DNA of 64,000 bases from Nitrospinales bacterium (GTDB taxonomy: Bacteria; Nitrospinota; Nitrospinia; Nitrospinales; VA-1), in the NCBI GenBank assembly GCA_965223345.1, contig CBDCWG010000012.1, positions 736,001 through 800,000 on the forward strand, written 5' to 3'. The position numbers and the translations under genes were made by a program. The notes below the pieces were generated by a model, which was not told where the DNA came from, ran no database searches, and worked only from the letters and a program-made list of their open reading frames with translations. How positions within the stretch are numbered: position 1 is the stretch's first letter; every line of letters starts with the position of its first letter. Shown piece after piece: positions 59,922 to 64,000 of the stretch.

Positions 59922-60728
59922 TCAAAAAGAAGTCAGTGCTTTGCCGGGTTCGTTAAAAATATTCGTGTTGTACGCGAAGGGGATGGGGCCGTCCGGAGCG
60001 CCCTGCATGAACTGGACGACGCGCGGATCGGAATGGGTCTTTAAATCCTTTGGAGATCCGGTGGCGATGATCCTACCCTGCTGCAACATGAGCATCCGGT
60101 CGGAAATCCGCAAGGCCGATTGCACGTCCTGCGTGATCACGATGCTGGTGATCCACATCTTGCGGTTGAGATCGCCGATGAGCTTTTCCATCACCCCCGC
60201 CGCGATGGGATCCAGTCCGTGAAACGGTTCGTCGTAGATGATGATTTTCGGGTCGAGGGCGATGGCCCGGGCGAGGGCGACGCGTTTGACCATTCCCGGT
60301 GTCAGCTGATCGGGGTTGGAAAGTTCCAGTCCCTTCAATCCCACCATTTCCAGTTTCATCTTCACCATGATGCGGATGGTGCTTTCGTTCAGGTCCGTGT
60401 GTTCCCTGAGCGGCAACGCCACATTTTCTTCCACACTGAGCGAGTGGAACAGGGCTCCGCTTTGGAACAGGATGCCGATGTTTTTCCGCATCCGGTTTTT
60501 GGCTTCCGCATCCATGGAAACGATGTCTTTGCCTTCGATGCACACTTCGCCGGAATCCGGGGCGCTGGCGCCGATGAGATATTTGAGCAGCGCGTTTTTG
60601 CCGCTTTCGCTGTCTCCGACGATCGATGTGATCTGGCCCCGTTCGAAACGGGCGGTGAAGCCGTCCAAAAGGCGCGTGATCTTTTCCGGTTGATGGAGGG
60701 TCTTGTGGAGGTTTTTGATTTCTATCAT
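59922..60728 (-). CDS. MlaF/Mkl-type ABC ATP-binding protein with degenerate motifs
   Basis: GILFQSGALF, ENVALPLREH and YDEP are conserved; Walker A reads GDSESGKN, the signature LTPGM and the H-loop ITQD. Confidence 0.88.
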   Translation of the reverse strand: MIEIKNLHKTLHQPEKITRLLDGFTARFERGQITSIVGDSESGKNALLKYLIGASAPDSGEVCIEGKDIVSMDAEAKNRMRKNIGILFQSGALFHSLSVEENVALPLREHTDLNESTIRIMVKMKLEMVGLKGLELSNPDQLTPGMVKRVALARAIALDPKIIIYDEPFHGLDPIAAGVMEKLIGDLNRKMWITSIVITQDVQSALRISDRMLMLQQGRIIATGSPKDLKTHSDPRVVQFMQGAPDGPIPFAYNTNIFNEPGKALTSF

Positions 60729-61606
60729 CGCAGTAAGTAAAAGAAAGAGTTGAACAACAGATCGGCAGTGAGTATCAGGATCATGGAGATCACCACCGCG
60801 GTGCGGGTGTTGGGTCCCACCTGCTTTGCATCCCCGTCGATGGTGAACGCGAGGTAACTGCCCACCATGACGATGATGATCGCGAAGGCGCCGCTTTTGA
60901 TCAGGCCGGTGACGAGATCCGCAACGCCCAGCGATTGGCTGGAAACACTCAAATAAACAGCGGGATCGATTCCCAATGTGGTGACTCCGGTCATGAATCC
61001 GCCCAGAAGCGCCATCGCGTCACCCATGACGGTCAGGCAGGGAAGCATGACCAGGATGGCCAGAAACCGCGGCGTGATCAGTATCTTGACGGGATTCAAC
61101 GCCATCGCTTCCAGCGCCAGGATTTCATCGGATGTCTTCATGGCTCCCAATTCCGCTGTGAACGCAGCGCCCACCCGGCCCGCCAGAACGAGGGCGGTGA
61201 GAAGCGGGCCGATCTCTCCCAGCACCGCGGCTACCATGAGAGAACCCAGGTGGTCGGGCGTGCCGAGGCGGGACAATTGCAGAGAAAGGATGACGCCGAT
61301 CAAAAAGGCAACCAACAGAACGAGAGGCAGAGAACGCACACCGATTTCTTCCATTTGTTTCCAGATGGGAGCCCATCGGTTGGACTTGCCGCGCAACGGT
61401 TCGATGAAAGAACAAACCAGCGTCGCCTTGGTCAGTTCATAGAGTCCGTTGATTTCTCTGAAAAAATCCAGAGCGGCTTCCCGGAATGAAATCTTGTTTT
61501 TTTCAAGCTGCCAAACGTTCTTCACAACGTGTTTCCTTCCCTGCGTTGCTACCGTGTTTTGAAACAGAACCTTGGAAAAGGCAGACCGGTTTCCCGTTTC
61601 ATCCAC
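60725..61606 (-). CDS. MlaE family ABC permease
   Basis: IGV.SLP, EIGPLLTALVLAGRVGAAFTAELGAMK..EI.ALE and PRF. Start codon is uncertain. Confidence 0.9.
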   Translation of the reverse strand: MDETGNRSAFSKVLFQNTVATQGRKHVVKNVWQLEKNKISFREAALDFFREINGLYELTKATLVCSFIEPLRGKSNRWAPIWKQMEEIGVRSLPLVLLVAFLIGVILSLQLSRLGTPDHLGSLMVAAVLGEIGPLLTALVLAGRVGAAFTAELGAMKTSDEILALEAMALNPVKILITPRFLAILVMLPCLTVMGDAMALLGGFMTGVTTLGIDPAVYLSVSSQSLGVADLVTGLIKSGAFAIIIVMVGSYLAFTIDGDAKQVGPNTRTAVVISMILILTADLLFNSFFYLLR

Positions 61607-62441
61607 AAAGTGGCGATGGGCGGAGATCCCTTGATTTGACGGGCGATTCCGCTGGTTTGCCGCATCGATTGAACTGTTGTCTCCTCCTGAATTTTAAATT
61701 TATGACACTTCACAGAGAGGAACAACCACTGGTTTGTTTTTTTTCTTCAACCGTAAGTAATGTTTGGCTTTTCCGTCGGAAAAATTTTCACTCCAAAAAA
61801 AGTTTGCAACGCGCAAAAGAAAAAAGAGAAAGTGCCGCTTCAAGGAATGTGATGCAGAGTGTTGTTTCGTTTTGCTTTTTACAAATTCATCGTTGTCCTT
61901 GTTCTGCGCCTGTTGTTAGCAAACGATTTGATCGCCTGTGAAAACGCTCAACCGGACTGGGTGCGTGTGAACGACGACGCGGGTTGCATCGGGTGCGAGG
62001 CGGCAATCTGTCATCGCTGGAATCGGTCTTGAATGTGAGATCTTTTATGGAGAGCGGTGCCATCTCACATGAAAACAAGGCGTGCGAAAAATGTGATTTT
62101 TCTCATGCGAAAATGCCGCATGAATGCGTCAATCCGAGGTTGCACTTTTGCGGCTTCACGAACATAATGTCGATTTTTGTGGCCCCGCAAACCTCGCTTG
62201 TTTGCAAACAGGGAGCCGGTGTTTTCTATTTATTGCGCTGGGTTTCGGCGCATGCGCCGACCCCATTAGAGGTGAGGGACGCCGCGATCGGGCGGGCCCG
62301 CAGCGCTTCCGGTAGAAGGTATTATTTTTCAAACGTTATCGAGGCGATTTGGCAAATTTTGCCTTTATCTTGACCGGCAACAAAGCTACAATAATTAGGT
62401 TAAACAAGGCTCTAAACCGTCGTTCCCGATGAAGAATTGAA

Positions 62442-62768
62442 ATGCAAGGATCCTGGGAAGGGATACATTCGATCCTGTCAAAATCCCTGTCGTTGATCCA
62501 GGTTTCACCTGAAAATTCTCTGGAATGGGTTTCGTTTAGCTGGGACTTCACGGTGGGCCAGGAAATCGCTGCGGTTTCGGAAGTCGTGGGGCTTTCCGCC
62601 AAAACGCTTTTCGTTCAAGTGAACGATCCGAAATGGATTCCGGTTTTGCAAACCATGAACTATAAATTGCTGGGCAAAATCAAAAAGCAGACGGGATTGG
62701 AAACGCTGGAACGGATTCAGTTCAAACCCCTTTCGCCGGGCGCCGCGAGGCCATCGCATCCTTCCTGA
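62442..62768 (+). CDS. DUF721/DciA family protein
   Basis: W...VG..IA, L.V.V.DP.W..L and I.F pattern. Confidence 0.7.
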   Translation: MQGSWEGIHSILSKSLSLIQVSPENSLEWVSFSWDFTVGQEIAAVSEVVGLSAKTLFVQVNDPKWIPVLQTMNYKLLGKIKKQTGLETLERIQFKPLSPGAARPSHPS

Positions 62769-62831
62769 TCGGCCGGAATAAAGTTTCAGAATGAATTCAA
62801 ATGCGTGTTTAAGATAGAGAGACAAGGAAAA

Positions 62832-64000
62832 ATGCACATGATCAAAGATCCGACTCCTCGAAAAAGTTCTCCTTTCAGTTTCAGGAAACAACCTTTTTAT
62901 ACACTGGCGGTGGTTACCCTGGGCGGGCTGATTTCTGCCTGCAATACGTTGCCTTCGGGGCACGCGTCTTCCGGGTCGATCGATTTGTCTTCCTCTTATG
63001 CCGTTCCGGTGGGGGCGCGGTCGAATGGCGAAAGCCACAAGGAAGTCCACCGGGACCCCAGGGCCTATTACAACTATCTGTTGGCATTGAAGGCGGAACG
63101 GGATGCGGATTTTTCAAAAGCCGCCACGCATTATCAAAAGGTGGTGGAGTACGATTCCCATTCGGAAGAAATCCACGAGAAACTCGCCGGGTTGTTGTTG
63201 CGGTCCGGGCGGTTCGACGAGCTGGCGGATTTCAGCAAACGGGCTTTGGAATTGTTTCCGAAAAACCTGGCCTTGAACATGATCATGGGCGACATCCTGG
63301 CGGGCCGGGGCGAGTACTACAGCGCCATCAAGTACTACGGCAACGTGGCGCGCATGGATCCCGGCGGCGCGCGCGCCTACCTTTTGCAGGGAACCGTCTA
63401 CGAGGAGTTGAAGCAATACGATCGCGCGCAGGAGATGTTCAAGAAGGTGGTGCTCTCCGAGCCTTCCAACCCCCTCGGGCACCATTATCTGGGGCGGTCT
63501 TACCTCAAACAGAACAACCTGGAAGATGCGGAACGGAGCCTGGAAAAATCGGTTTCCCTGCGCCCGAACTTCGTTCACTCCCGGGAGCATCTGGCCTGGG
63601 TTCTGAAACAGCAGGGCAAACTCGACCAGGCCCGCAGGGAGTACAAACTCCTGCTCAAGCTGAACCCCCGCAACAAGCGGGTGCGCGAGCATCTGGAAAG
63701 CCTGCAGGGCGAGAACGGCGACTCAAAGGACGCACAGAAAGGCGAGGCGGGGATTCCCAAAGAGCTGGAAAAACAGCCCGATGTGCACATGAACATCGCC
63801 ACGATCTTTTACGAGCAGGCCATTTACCTCAAGGCCCTGGATGAGTTTCAGCTCACCCTGCTCAAGGAAGACCGCAAGGAACCGCACATGCTCATGGCGC
63901 GGATCTACGAAATCCTGGGCAAGCTGGACAAGTCGATCGAGGAGTTTGAAATCTTAAGGAAAATGAACCCCGAATCGGTGGAGATCCTGCGCTACACCGC
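62832..64000 (+). CDS. TPR lipoprotein (runs off the window)
   Basis: Not in the ORF track because it has no stop in the window. ATG after AAGGA, lipobox-like ISAC, then AYYNYL and TPR helices. Confidence 0.8.
   Translation, partial: MHMIKDPTPRKSSPFSFRKQPFYTLAVVTLGGLISACNTLPSGHASSGSIDLSSSYAVPVGARSNGESHKEVHRDPRAYYNYLLALKAERDADFSKAATHYQKVVEYDSHSEEIHEKLAGLLLRSGRFDELADFSKRALELFPKNLALNMIMGDILAGRGEYYSAIKYYGNVARMDPGGARAYLLQGTVYEELKQYDRAQEMFKKVVLSEPSNPLGHHYLGRSYLKQNNLEDAERSLEKSVSLRPNFVHSREHLAWVLKQQGKLDQARREYKLLLKLNPRNKRVREHLESLQGENGDSKDAQKGEAGIPKELEKQPDVHMNIATIFYEQAIYLKALDEFQLTLLKEDRKEPHMLMARIYEILGKLDKSIEEFEILRKMNPESVEILRYT

Overview
A gene-dense bacterial chromosome segment of moderately high GC from a Gram-negative organism. 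The gene content suggests a Nitrospina-like or deltaproteobacteria-like lineage, but that is inference only. The core genes are folD-xseA...xseB-tlyA-dcd, gpmA, recN, rimO, pfkA, rpsB-tsf-pyrH-frr-uppS-cdsA-dxr-ispF, tRNA-Val(GAC)-thrS-infC-rpmI-rplT-pheS, and a TPP-riboswitch-controlled thiS-thiG-thiE-thiC operon. The best candidate for an uncharacterised system is a second, self-contained type II fatty-acid/polyketide cluster at 29433-36171. It encodes an atypical FabF, a dedicated ACP, two tandem CrtI/phytoene-dehydrogenase-like flavoproteins, FabG, FabZ and FabI, and may make an unsaturated or polyene lipid without O2. Other points of interest: three tandem TMTC-like GT-C/TPR glycosyltransferases, an exported caspase with repeats and a duplicated FGE domain inserted between xseA and xseB, and a -1 frameshift in tlyA at an A9 run. 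Also notable are a degenerate HD-GYP protein, a pair of multiheme cytochromes, a Cache plus Aer2-type PAS chemoreceptor, an internally deleted GNAT remnant where pheT would normally lie, and an MlaEFD operon with a degenerate ATPase. No CRISPR array, IS element or prophage was seen. All calls come from reading motifs by eye; no database searches were run.
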